NCBI GenBank assembly: GCA_965219535.1
Contig: CBDCNV010000001.1
Span: forward strand, 150,001 to 182,000
Length of the DNA: 32,000 nucleotides
Source of the DNA: Opitutales bacterium
Lineage (GTDB): Bacteria; Verrucomicrobiota; Verrucomicrobiia; Opitutales; PNEW01
Direction: 5' to 3'
In this document: piece after piece, positions 7,433 through 16,163 of the stretch
Layout of the letters: each line of letters starts with the position of its first letter
How positions within the stretch are numbered: position 1 is the stretch's first letter
The notes under the pieces: model-generated
Databases searched by the model: none
What the model was told of the DNA's origin: nothing
What the model saw: only the letters and a program-made list of their open reading frames with translations
Position numbers and translations under genes: made by a program

Positions 7433-7478
7433 TAAGAGTGATTTTTTTTGGATGCACCGCGTTCCACCTTTTTGCTTT

Positions 7479-7994
7479 CTATTCACGTGCGAGTTCGATT
7501 TCGACATGGGGGTTTCCGCGCAGGAAGATATGTTTGGTTAAGGAAAGATCGGTGATTGTTATACGTACCTCGAGGTAACTCGGGTCATGGGCTTTAAAAA
7601 AGTATTCGTTTTCATCCACCTCGACCAGCTCAAGCAACAGGGGTTCCGTGTTTCCAGCAAAGGTAGATAAAAAGCAAAGCTTAAGATTTTCTGCCTCGGG
7701 AATAAATGTCCAATGGTGCACGGAGGCGATGAGGTCGGCACTCCCTTGAACCATACCCTCAGTCGTCTGACGGTAAGTGATATCATAGTTCACCGGTCCA
7801 ACGGGCGTACGGATGGCTTTTCCCTGCCATGTGCCATTGATCATTATTATAAAATCATCGTGAATACTTATCTTCGGCGCAGTATAATGCTCAAGCATAC
7901 AGGGATCGACGGCATTCAAGCTATTCGCTCCCAGTGCTATAATAGGCATCGCCAGCAACAGCTTAATTAAAAGCGGGAATCTAAGCTTATTCAT
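7479..7994 (-). CDS. Hypothetical secreted protein (N-terminal signal peptide)
   Basis: I prefer the start at the ATG at 7994, giving MNKLRFPLLIKLLLAMPIIALGANS as a signal-peptide-like N-terminus. I recognise no domain. Confidence 0.5.
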   Translation of the reverse strand: MNKLRFPLLIKLLLAMPIIALGANSLNAVDPCMLEHYTAPKISIHDDFIIMINGTWQGKAIRTPVGPVNYDITYRQTTEGMVQGSADLIASVHHWTFIPEAENLKLCFLSTFAGNTEPLLLELVEVDENEYFFKAHDPSYLEVRITITDLSLTKHIFLRGNPHVEIELARE

Positions 7995-8168
7995 ATTTAA
8001 CTTAGAGTGTGTGAGCCATTTTGCTGCACCAATCAGTATGTATAAGCCCTCTTTTTCCAAGCTACTAATGGTGAAATAAGGTATATGACCTGATATTATG
8101 ACTGATTAAACCAATCTATTGGAAATTATTTTTTGACTTTGAAAAAAAATTGGAAATTATTTCCATTC

Positions 8169-9002
8169 ATGCAAGTTGAAGAAGTCAACGGGTCCCTGGT
8201 CAGATTAAAAGCGCTCTATCCCCAATTTACGGGAAAGGAAAAGTTGGTTGCCGACCATGTCCTCACACATGAAGACATTATACATCAAACCATAACCCAG
8301 CTGGTAAATGCGAGCGGGGCCAGCTACGGAAGCGTGGACCGATTTTGCAAGAAGATGGGCTACTCGGGTTTTCAGGATTTTAAAATACATTTAGCGGAAG
8401 ACCTGGCACTGCGTAAAGCGGACCGAGAGAGTGATCGATCCGAGAACTTTTCAGGAAGGACTGCCGCGCGCGCGATCGAAGATATAAAGAACACTTTGCA
8501 ACTGTCATCAGAAGCGATGATCGAGGAAGCGGCCCAAGCGATCATGTGTGCGCGCTATGTAATGATTGCGGGTTTAAGCAGTTCAGCGGGCACGGCAAGA
8601 GGGATTGAATACCGCTTGAATCGCTATGGCATACGCGCGACCTGTATTATAGATAATCACATACAACGCCACCAGGCGGCGACGCTGGGAAAGGAAGATG
8701 TGGTATTTTTAATTTCGTTTTCAGGAAGTACAAAAGAAATACTGGCGACGGGCAAAATCGCGAAAGCGTCTAAGGCAACCATAATAAGCTTAAGCAATTA
8801 TATCGAATCGCCCGTTTCCGAGATCGCGAACATCTCCCTTGTCACGGGAATCGAAAGTGATCCTTTAGAAGCAGAAATCGCTTCAAAGGTCGCCGTTGAA
8901 TTCGTGATCACCCTGCTTTTCGATAAAATCGCAAGCTTGATGAAAGACTCACGTCAATTCCTCACTAAGACCTTTGAGGCTACAGCGGACAGGCAATTAT
9001 AA
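8169..9002 (+). CDS. RpiR/MurR-family transcriptional regulator (HTH_6 plus SIS domain)
   Basis: An N-terminal LYPQFTGKEKLVADHVL...ITQLVNASGASYGSVDRFCKKMGYSGFQDFK helix-turn-helix is followed by a SIS-type region, FLISFSGSTKE. I prefer the ATG at 8169 over the TTG at 8133. Confidence 0.8.
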   Translation: MQVEEVNGSLVRLKALYPQFTGKEKLVADHVLTHEDIIHQTITQLVNASGASYGSVDRFCKKMGYSGFQDFKIHLAEDLALRKADRESDRSENFSGRTAARAIEDIKNTLQLSSEAMIEEAAQAIMCARYVMIAGLSSSAGTARGIEYRLNRYGIRATCIIDNHIQRHQAATLGKEDVVFLISFSGSTKEILATGKIAKASKATIISLSNYIESPVSEIANISLVTGIESDPLEAEIASKVAVEFVITLLFDKIASLMKDSRQFLTKTFEATADRQL

Positions 9003-9020
9003 CAGCAACCCTTATTAAGC

Positions 9021-10757
9021 ATGCTCCATAAAGCACCACACGAGGGAGGCGCTCGCTCCTATAGTAAACTATCACCCTTAAATTCGGATATAGAGATAGC
9101 GCGCCGTGCTAAGCTGGAACCTGTAGAAACAATCGCAATGCGGTCGGGACTTAACGCCGATGAGGTTGAGCCCTATGGCTCGCACAAAGCGAAAATAAAT
9201 GCTCGGGCCTATAAGCGATTAGAAAAGCATCCGGAGGGAAAATTAATATTGGTAACGGCAATGACGCCGACGCCAGCGGGTGAAGGAAAAACTGTCACCA
9301 GTATTGGCCTCTCTCAAGCGATCGAAAAATTGAAACACCGCCAAATGCTGGCATTGCGCGAACCCTCGCTCGGTCCGACTTTTGGACTTAAGGGAGGTGC
9401 CGCTGGGGGGGGACATGCCCAGGTTTTGCCGATGGAAGATATCAACATGCATTTTACGGGGGATATGCACGCGGTAACGACAGCCCATAATTTACTGGCC
9501 GCCGTTGTCGACAACCATGTATTCCATGGTAACGCGTTGATGATCGATCCCGAAAAAATTGTCTGGCGACGCGTTGTCGATCTATGCGACCGCCAGTTAA
9601 GACAGTGCGATATCGGGTTGGGTTCCAAGTTTGACGGATTTCCCCACCGCACAGGTTTTGAAATCACGGCCTCCTCCGAAATTATGGCAACCCTGTCCCT
9701 GGCAACGGATCTGAAGGATTTGAAGAGCCGTTTGGAACGGATCGTCGTCGCTTATAATGAAACCGATGAGCCGATTTACGCCGGTCAGCTGAACGTCGTC
9801 GGCGCGATGATGGTATTGCTCAAAGACGCGATTAACCCGAACCTCGTCCAGACAACTGAAAATACTCCGGCCCTTATTCACTGTGGGCCATTTGGCAATA
9901 TCGCTCACGGCTGCAACAGTGTTCGCGCCACTCATCTCGCTTTAAAACTGGCTGATTACGTTGTGACGGAAGCGGGATTTGCCGCGGATTTAGGAGCTGA
10001 AAAATTTATTAATATCAAATGCCGGTTGTCCGGACTGAAGCCCACGGTTGCGGTCCTGGTGGCAACTTGCCGCGCGTTGAAAATGCATGGTGGGATGCCC
10101 AAAGAACAGATCGACGAAGAAAACCGGAGTGCGCTCGAAGCGGGACTGGCCAATTTGCGCGTCCACATAGAAAACTTAAAAAAATTTCATCTTCCCGTTG
10201 TTGTCGCCGTTAACCGATTTCCCAGCGACACACCAGCTGAACTGGACGCGGTTTTTGAATTTTGCGAAGCGATGGAAACTCCCGCCGCGCTATCGGAAGT
10301 GACAGCATTGGGCGGGGAAGGAGGATTGGAATTAGCAGAAAAAGTTCTTTCACTCATTGATAACGACGACAATGCGGACTCGCCATTACACACGCTCTAT
10401 GACGTAAACTTACCGATCAAAGAAAAAATCGAAACGATCGCGCGTGAGATATACCGTGCGGACGGAGTAGACTATCATCCTTTAGCGGAGGAGAATATAA
10501 AACGGTTGGAGCGCCAGGGGCTGAATAATTTACCGGTATGCATGGCGAAAACGCAGTTTTCAATTTCCGATGACCCAAAAAAACTGGGCGCACCGACCGA
10601 TTGGCGTTTAACGGTCCGTGACGTCAAAATAAGTAACGCCGCCGGTTACCTCGTTGCTATTACCGGAAAGATGCTGCTTATGCCGGGAATGCCAAAACAT
10701 GCGGCGGTAGAAAAAATTGGGATCGACGACGATGGAAATATTTATGGTCTGTCTTAG
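9021..10757 (+). CDS. fhs: Formate--tetrahydrofolate ligase
   Basis: SDIEIARRAKL...YGSHKAKI at the N-terminus, the nucleotide loop PTPAGEGKTVTSIGL, and a length of 578 aa. Confidence 0.9.
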   Translation: MLHKAPHEGGARSYSKLSPLNSDIEIARRAKLEPVETIAMRSGLNADEVEPYGSHKAKINARAYKRLEKHPEGKLILVTAMTPTPAGEGKTVTSIGLSQAIEKLKHRQMLALREPSLGPTFGLKGGAAGGGHAQVLPMEDINMHFTGDMHAVTTAHNLLAAVVDNHVFHGNALMIDPEKIVWRRVVDLCDRQLRQCDIGLGSKFDGFPHRTGFEITASSEIMATLSLATDLKDLKSRLERIVVAYNETDEPIYAGQLNVVGAMMVLLKDAINPNLVQTTENTPALIHCGPFGNIAHGCNSVRATHLALKLADYVVTEAGFAADLGAEKFINIKCRLSGLKPTVAVLVATCRALKMHGGMPKEQIDEENRSALEAGLANLRVHIENLKKFHLPVVVAVNRFPSDTPAELDAVFEFCEAMETPAALSEVTALGGEGGLELAEKVLSLIDNDDNADSPLHTLYDVNLPIKEKIETIAREIYRADGVDYHPLAEENIKRLERQGLNNLPVCMAKTQFSISDDPKKLGAPTDWRLTVRDVKISNAAGYLVAITGKMLLMPGMPKHAAVEKIGIDDDGNIYGLS

Positions 10758-10808
10758 AAATTCAGGCCTAATCATATTGAATTATAAATACACTACTACG
10801 CATCATCT

Positions 10809-12050
10809 ATGCCCTATCGTCTTTTACGCTTCGCGCTGAGCAAAAAATATCCTGAGCCCCGGATGTTTACGGAGCCTGATAAGCTCAAGAAGCACTACGA
10901 TGTAGTCATCATCGGCGGCGGCGGTCATGGATTAGCGGCAGCTTACTACCTGGCACGCGACTACGGTATTACCAACGTGGCGGTCCTGGAAAAAAACTAT
11001 ATAGGAAGTGGAGGCACCGGGAGAAACACCGCCATTGTCCGTTCAAATTACCTTACTGCGGAAGGTGTAAAATTTTATGATAAGAGCGTTAAACTGTTTC
11101 AGGACCTTTCCGCTGAATTCAACCTGAACCTCTTTTACTCTGAACGCGGTCATTTCACCATGGCTCACACCGATTCCGCTCTCCGCACCATGCGTTGGCG
11201 CGCAGAAGTCAATAAACACATGGGCGTGGAAAGTATCCTCGTCGACCGTACATTCATTAAGGAAAAAATTCCGGAAATTGATCTCGATTGCAAGCACAAC
11301 ATGCCGATCATGGGCGCACTCTACCACCCTCCGGGCGCAATTGCGCGACATGATGCAGTCGCTTGGGGATATGGCCGTGGGGCAAATATGCGCGGCGCGG
11401 AAATTCACCAAAATACGACCGTCACCGGTATTGATGTGAAAAATGATAAAGTCGTGGGTGTGAAAACAAACAAAGGGACGATTGAAACGAATAAAGTTCT
11501 CTCCGCGGTCGCAGGGTACACCCCGCACATCACGCAGATGGTCGGGCTGCGCACTCCGATTGTCGTCCACCCCTTACAGGCTTGTGTGACGGAGCCGATG
11601 AAACCCTGGCTGAACGCGATAGTCGTCTCCGCGAGTTTTCATCTATACGTCAGTCAATCATCACGCGGTGAGCTGGTAATGGGCGCTTCACTCGATCCTT
11701 ATGAACTTCACTCCACGCGATCCACGCTCGACTTTGCGGAAGGGCTGTCGGGACATACACTCGAGCTATTTCCCTTTCTCTCAGAGATCAAAGTTCTGCG
11801 CCAGTGGGCTGGTCTATCGGATATGACCCCCGATTTTTCACCGATCATGGGGAAGACCCGTGTTGAAGGATTTTATATCGATGCGGGTTGGGGCACTTGG
11901 GGTTTTAAAGCGACACCAGCCAGCGGTAAGACCATGGCCTCCACCGTGGCCAATGACCGGGATGACGAAACAATTAAACCCTTTAATCTTTCACGTTTCG
12001 GACAATATGAACTGGTAGGCGAAAAAGGCGCCGCCTCAGTCGGTCATTAA
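10809..12050 (+). CDS. mgdA: Sarcosine oxidase beta-subunit family flavoprotein; by context N-methylglutamate dehydrogenase subunit A
   Basis: YDVVIIGGGGHGLAAAYYLA...VAVLEKNYIGSGGTGRNTAIVRSNY is the FAD dinucleotide fold and SoxB signature. It is first in a beta-delta-alpha-gamma series. Confidence 0.8.
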   Translation: MPYRLLRFALSKKYPEPRMFTEPDKLKKHYDVVIIGGGGHGLAAAYYLARDYGITNVAVLEKNYIGSGGTGRNTAIVRSNYLTAEGVKFYDKSVKLFQDLSAEFNLNLFYSERGHFTMAHTDSALRTMRWRAEVNKHMGVESILVDRTFIKEKIPEIDLDCKHNMPIMGALYHPPGAIARHDAVAWGYGRGANMRGAEIHQNTTVTGIDVKNDKVVGVKTNKGTIETNKVLSAVAGYTPHITQMVGLRTPIVVHPLQACVTEPMKPWLNAIVVSASFHLYVSQSSRGELVMGASLDPYELHSTRSTLDFAEGLSGHTLELFPFLSEIKVLRQWAGLSDMTPDFSPIMGKTRVEGFYIDAGWGTWGFKATPASGKTMASTVANDRDDETIKPFNLSRFGQYELVGEKGAASVGH

Positions 12051-12052
12051 AG

Positions 12053-12319
12053 ATGAAAATACTCGAATGCCCGATTAACGGCCCGAGACCGATCCAGGAA
12101 TTTATCTTTGGAGGCGAGTACCGCCCGATGCCCGATCCGGATAAAGTCTCTGATGAAGTGTGGGCTGACTATGTGTTTAATCGAGCCGGTGAACCAGGAA
12201 TCAAGCGTGAATGGTGGTATCACCTTTCCAGTGGGACTTGGTTTATCGCGGAACATGATACGGTGAAAGATATTTTTATTAAAACTTACCTGCACCAGGA
12301 TATGAAGGAAGATGAGTGA
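12053..12319 (+). CDS. mgdB: Sarcosine oxidase delta-subunit family; by context NMG dehydrogenase subunit B
   Basis: An 88-aa ORF with a SoxD-like N-terminus (MKILECPINGPRP..EF.FGGE) and an EWWYH...W motif. It lies between the beta-like and alpha-like genes, and its end overlaps the alpha start by 8 nt. Confidence 0.7.
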   Translation: MKILECPINGPRPIQEFIFGGEYRPMPDPDKVSDEVWADYVFNRAGEPGIKREWWYHLSSGTWFIAEHDTVKDIFIKTYLHQDMKEDE

Positions 12320-15218
12320 ACGCTTAGAAAAACGACACGGTGAGTGGATCGATCGCTCAAGACCCATACATTTTCAATTTGAAGGGGAGTCTTACACAGG
12401 GTTTTACGGTGATACAATCAGCTCCGCGCTCTGGGCGAATGGAGTACACGTATTGGGGCGCAGCTTTAAATATCATCGCCCGCGCGGAATTTTTGGATTC
12501 GCTGATATCGACTGTAACGCGATGGTGGAATCAGATTCCTCAACTAATACGCGCGCTGATCTCACACCCATAGAAGAGAGCATGTCGGTTAGGGCGGTCA
12601 ATACAATGGGTAATCTTAAAAAAGACCGCTTGCGTTTTCTGGATTACTTCGGGGCGTTTACGCCGGTCGGGTTTTATTACAAGGCATTTCATACACCAAA
12701 GCGATTATTTCCTTTTTATGAAAACCAGATCAGAAAATTAGCGGGACTGGGAAAAGTCGACACACAGAAGCCGATGAAAACAGTGATCAAAGACTACGGC
12801 TTTTGTGATATTCTGATCATCGGAGCTGGACCTGCCGGCTTGTCCGCAGCCATTGAAGCTGCGGCCTCGGGGGCGAAGGTACTCATCATCGATGAAAATC
12901 CTCACCCGGGAGGAACGCTTAACTATCGCTATAAAAATCAAGGTCCGGAAATAGAATTATTAAATCAACTGCTGGAAAAGGTCGATGCGTGTAAAAACAT
13001 TCAATTACAAACATCAACACTAGCCTCCGGCTATTACGCCGATCACTGGGTCTGTCTGACAAACAAAGAACGCATGACAAAACTGCGCGCGCGAGCAGTG
13101 ATTGTGGCATCGGGCTGTTACGAACAACCCGCGGTTTTTCATAATAATGATTTACCCGGCGTGATGATGGCCAGTGCCGCACTACGCTTAATAAACCACT
13201 ACGCGGTTAAACCATTTCGCAATGTCGTCATTCTCGCGGCGAACGCCGATGGATACCGTTGCGCTTTGGATTTTCGCGAGGTGGGAGTCCATGTTGTGTC
13301 ACTCGTCGATCTCCGTAGTGAAGGTGAACAATCGGAGCTCGACAGACAGGTCAAAGGTTTAGGGGTCACTGTTTACCGCAATCATTACATCTACGAAGCA
13401 ATCGCCGATCGGATGAAAGATTCAGTTCAAGGTGTCGTGCTACGCGAATTCGATGCCGACATTAACGCAAACCTGGGGGCGGAAATAAAGCTTTCCTGTG
13501 ATGGTATCGCGATGAGCGTCGGCTGGACTCCAGCGGATGGAATTCTGCGCCAGGGGAATACACGGATGGAATATAATACTAGTCTGGAACAGTTCCTCCC
13601 CGTTGAATGCGCGAAGGGGATGTTTGCCGCGGGACGGGTCAACGGCATTTACGCTTTAGAAGATCAACTGGAGGATGGACGCTGCGCAGGATCTGAAGCA
13701 TCCGCTTTTATCGGACTCACAAAGCCAAGTAAGAGTGAACGACCACAAAGTGAAGAATGTCCCCAAAGCCACCCCCACCCTATTTCAGATCATCCCAAGG
13801 GGAAAAACTTTATTGATCTCGATGAGGACGTGCAGCTCAAAGACATCGTTAATTCAATTAAAGAAGGCTATGACAGCGCTGAACTTTTAAAACGTTATTC
13901 AACGCTTGGCATGGGACCCAGCCAGGGCAAGCATTCTAATTTGCTCGCCCTGAGAATGATTGCCCGCATGCGCGGTGAGACGATGATGGGAAAACAGATT
14001 ACTACCGCTCGTCCATTTACCTCACCCATCAGTATGGGACACCTGGCGGGCCGGATATTTACGCCTCAGCGGCGAACCGCACTGCATGATCGCCACGAAG
14101 CACTGAGGGCAAAGCTCATGTATGCAGGTAATTGGTTGCGTCCGGAATATTACACGATCGATGGGCTATCCCGCAGTCAATGTATCGAAGCGGAAGTGCA
14201 AAACGTGCGCGAACGCATTGGAATTGTCGATCAAGGCACGCTCGGCAAAATAGAAATAAGCGGTCCTGATGTCGTCACTTTATTGGAGCAAGTTTATACC
14301 GGACGATTCGCCAAACTGAAAATTGGCATGACACGTTATGGATTAATGTGCGATGAAAGCGGGGTAATCATTGATGACGGGGTCATTTCCCGCCTTGCTG
14401 AAGATCGCTACTATATAAGTACGACCAGTTCTGGATCCGACCCGATTTATCAAACATTGCAGCGACTGGTTATTGAATGGGGACTGGAGGTGACTCTTGT
14501 CAACGCGACCAGCACTTATTGTGCGATGAATCTGGCGGGGCCTCACGCGCGCAAGGTCCTACAGCCGCTCACAGATGTAAACCTGGATGGGGACGCATTT
14601 CCTTATTTAGGCATTCGCGAAGGTAGCGTTGCCGAGGTTCCAGCCAGGTTATCGCGGGTCGGATTTGTCGGTGAACTGGGTTATGAAATCCATTTACCTG
14701 CTGATGGCGCGATAGCAGCATGGGACGCGATAATGAAAGCGGGCCAGGATTATGGTATATGTCCCTTCGGGGTGGAAGCGCAGCGGATGCTAAGATTGGA
14801 AAAAGGACACATCATTGTAAGCCAGGATACCGACGGGTTGACGCAACCTTTCGAAGCGGGAATGAAATGGGCAGTTAAAATGAATAAACCGTTTTTTATC
14901 GGACAAAGAAGCCTAAGCATTATCGAAAAGAAGAAACGCGAACGGGTGCTTGTTGGATTTGCTCTCCCGGAAAATTACCAGTCCCCTGAGCCGAAAGAAT
15001 GTAATCTCGTCATTAAGAATGGTGAGATGAAAGGACGCATTACGAGTATCGGTTTCAGCCCTACTCTGGGTAGATTAATTGGATTAGCCTATACTGATCC
15101 GGAGGACAGTGACGTGGGATCCCTACTGAGAATTAAACTGGATGATGGTTCCACCGTTGAAGCGGATGTCGTAAAAACGCCTTTTTATGATGCAGAAAAT
15201 TTAAGACAAAAAAATTAG
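12312..15218 (+). CDS. mgdC: Sarcosine oxidase alpha-subunit family; by context NMG dehydrogenase subunit C
   Basis: A 968-aa ORF. The N-terminus has F.FEG..Y.G..GDTISSALWANG...RSFKYHRPRG, there is a dinucleotide-binding ILIIGAGPAGLSAA, and the C-terminus is a GcvT-like folate-binding region (GYEIHLPA). Confidence 0.85.
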   Translation: MSERLEKRHGEWIDRSRPIHFQFEGESYTGFYGDTISSALWANGVHVLGRSFKYHRPRGIFGFADIDCNAMVESDSSTNTRADLTPIEESMSVRAVNTMGNLKKDRLRFLDYFGAFTPVGFYYKAFHTPKRLFPFYENQIRKLAGLGKVDTQKPMKTVIKDYGFCDILIIGAGPAGLSAAIEAAASGAKVLIIDENPHPGGTLNYRYKNQGPEIELLNQLLEKVDACKNIQLQTSTLASGYYADHWVCLTNKERMTKLRARAVIVASGCYEQPAVFHNNDLPGVMMASAALRLINHYAVKPFRNVVILAANADGYRCALDFREVGVHVVSLVDLRSEGEQSELDRQVKGLGVTVYRNHYIYEAIADRMKDSVQGVVLREFDADINANLGAEIKLSCDGIAMSVGWTPADGILRQGNTRMEYNTSLEQFLPVECAKGMFAAGRVNGIYALEDQLEDGRCAGSEASAFIGLTKPSKSERPQSEECPQSHPHPISDHPKGKNFIDLDEDVQLKDIVNSIKEGYDSAELLKRYSTLGMGPSQGKHSNLLALRMIARMRGETMMGKQITTARPFTSPISMGHLAGRIFTPQRRTALHDRHEALRAKLMYAGNWLRPEYYTIDGLSRSQCIEAEVQNVRERIGIVDQGTLGKIEISGPDVVTLLEQVYTGRFAKLKIGMTRYGLMCDESGVIIDDGVISRLAEDRYYISTTSSGSDPIYQTLQRLVIEWGLEVTLVNATSTYCAMNLAGPHARKVLQPLTDVNLDGDAFPYLGIREGSVAEVPARLSRVGFVGELGYEIHLPADGAIAAWDAIMKAGQDYGICPFGVEAQRMLRLEKGHIIVSQDTDGLTQPFEAGMKWAVKMNKPFFIGQRSLSIIEKKKRERVLVGFALPENYQSPEPKECNLVIKNGEMKGRITSIGFSPTLGRLIGLAYTDPEDSDVGSLLRIKLDDGSTVEADVVKTPFYDAENLRQKN

Positions 15219-15243
15219 CGAATAATTACCGGAGAGACATTAA

Positions 15244-15891
15244 ATGTATAAAAGACACAGTTCTCTTAAGAACCAATTTGAAAAACAACGACCCGAATGG
15301 GGAAAATTTCAAGCGATGGAAGTTCCCTTGCATTTTGATTCCCAACAGTCAGAATCGGCCTCCATGCGTGAATTAGCCATTTGCGATGTAAGTGCTTTAC
15401 CCAAGCTTGGCGTTAAAGGAAAAGGCGCTGCCGCATGGTTAAGCGGAGAGGGAATTCCCATTCCTAACGGAACTTACGAACGGATGCCTCTCGATAATGG
15501 CTCCATGATCATCCGGCTCGCAACGGATGAATTTTTTCTCGAAGACAGCCTGGAAGGTGAAGCGGTCGCCAACCTATCCAGCCGCCTGGGACGGGGGTTG
15601 GACGGCGTCTACCGGGTGGAACGCCAGGATACCGGTCTGCTCATCAGTGGAAGGCGCGCGCATGAAGTGCTGGCCCAAACCTGTTCCTATCCTTTTGAGG
15701 GTAATGAAGAAAAAGTCGTGATGACTCGAGTGGCCCTGGTCTCCTGTTCCATTCTTCCCCTGATACTAAATGAAGTGCAAACATTTCGCTTATGGTTCAG
15801 TTCGACATACGGAATCTACCTTTGGCAATCACTGGCCGAAATTGTAGAGGACCTCGGGGGAAAGACTGTCGGAGTGGCTAATTTAATGTGA
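15244..15891 (+). CDS. mgdD: Sarcosine oxidase gamma-subunit family; by context NMG dehydrogenase subunit D
   Basis: A 215-aa ORF directly after the alpha-like gene. Its size and position fit SoxG. The sequence-level match is judged by eye only. Confidence 0.6.
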   Translation: MYKRHSSLKNQFEKQRPEWGKFQAMEVPLHFDSQQSESASMRELAICDVSALPKLGVKGKGAAAWLSGEGIPIPNGTYERMPLDNGSMIIRLATDEFFLEDSLEGEAVANLSSRLGRGLDGVYRVERQDTGLLISGRRAHEVLAQTCSYPFEGNEEKVVMTRVALVSCSILPLILNEVQTFRLWFSSTYGIYLWQSLAEIVEDLGGKTVGVANLM

Positions 15892-15931
15892 GATAATTAT
15901 TTTGATTAATATTCTAAACATCAATTCTGGT

Positions 15932-15955
15932 GGACGCGACGGAGCGCGTCCCTCC
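15932..15955 (+). repeat. Palindromic intergenic element, short-loop form, stem type B (GGACGCG-ACGGAG-CGCGTCC-CTCC); left arm of an inverted pair
   Basis: A perfect 7-bp stem, 6-nt loop and CTCC tail. Its exact reverse complement occurs at 16059-16082. Confidence 0.85.
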
Positions 15956-16058
15956 AAATTTTTGCACAGGTGATGGCACTCTTGGAATCAATCAATTTCA
16001 GAATGATGATAAAGCCATTAGATTGTATTATAAATAGCGTTCAGACAAAAATTATTAT

Positions 16059-16082
16059 GGAGGGACGCGCTCCGTCGCGTCC
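16059..16082 (-). repeat. Palindromic intergenic element, type B; right arm of an inverted pair
   Basis: GGAGGGACGCGCTCCGTCGCGTCC is the exact reverse complement of 15932-15955. A 103-nt AT-rich spacer lies between the two arms. Confidence 0.85.
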
Positions 16083-16163
16083 GCTACACATTGATAAGAT
16101 TTTTTCTCATAACATAGAAATTAAAATATTAAATAGTATAATATATTAACAGGAGTAGAGCTA

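Noticed and set aside
7135-7578. ORFs 7135-7332 (minus strand) and 7363-7578 (plus strand) in the amidohydrolase-downstream spacer.
   Set aside because: Both are composed largely of the palindromic repeat elements. The second reads straight through the perfect inverted doublet. The same applies to 1536-1907 (minus strand) and 3561-3875 (minus strand), which are extended by repeat copies at 1750-1816 and 3795-3844.
12340-15721. Small internal or antisense ORFs within the mgd genes (for example 12340-12573, 12738-12941, 13427-13648, 13675-13890, 14343-14546 and 15527-15721). Similar ones occur inside fhs, gmaS, mgs, gltS and the MFS gene.
   Set aside because: All are nested in, or antisense to, long ORFs with clear family signatures, and none has recognisable motifs of its own.
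15974-15988. TGGCAC at 15974-15979 as a sigma-54 (-24) promoter element upstream of gmaS.
   Set aside because: The required -12 element is missing. The positions where TTGC should lie (15985-15988) read GAAT.
812-16082. Possibility that the recurring palindromes are a CRISPR array.
   Set aside because: The copies are kilobases apart, in both orientations, of three sequence types and variable length, with no regular repeat-spacer periodicity and no cas genes in the window.
15973-16149. A 58-codon ORF (MALLESINFRMMIKPLDCII...) inside the mgdD-gmaS spacer.
   Set aside because: It has an AT-rich, Ile/Asn/Lys-biased composition and reads through the right repeat arm (MEGRAPSRP). It has no RBS and is too short to appear in the supplied ORF track. 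It is most likely non-coding.
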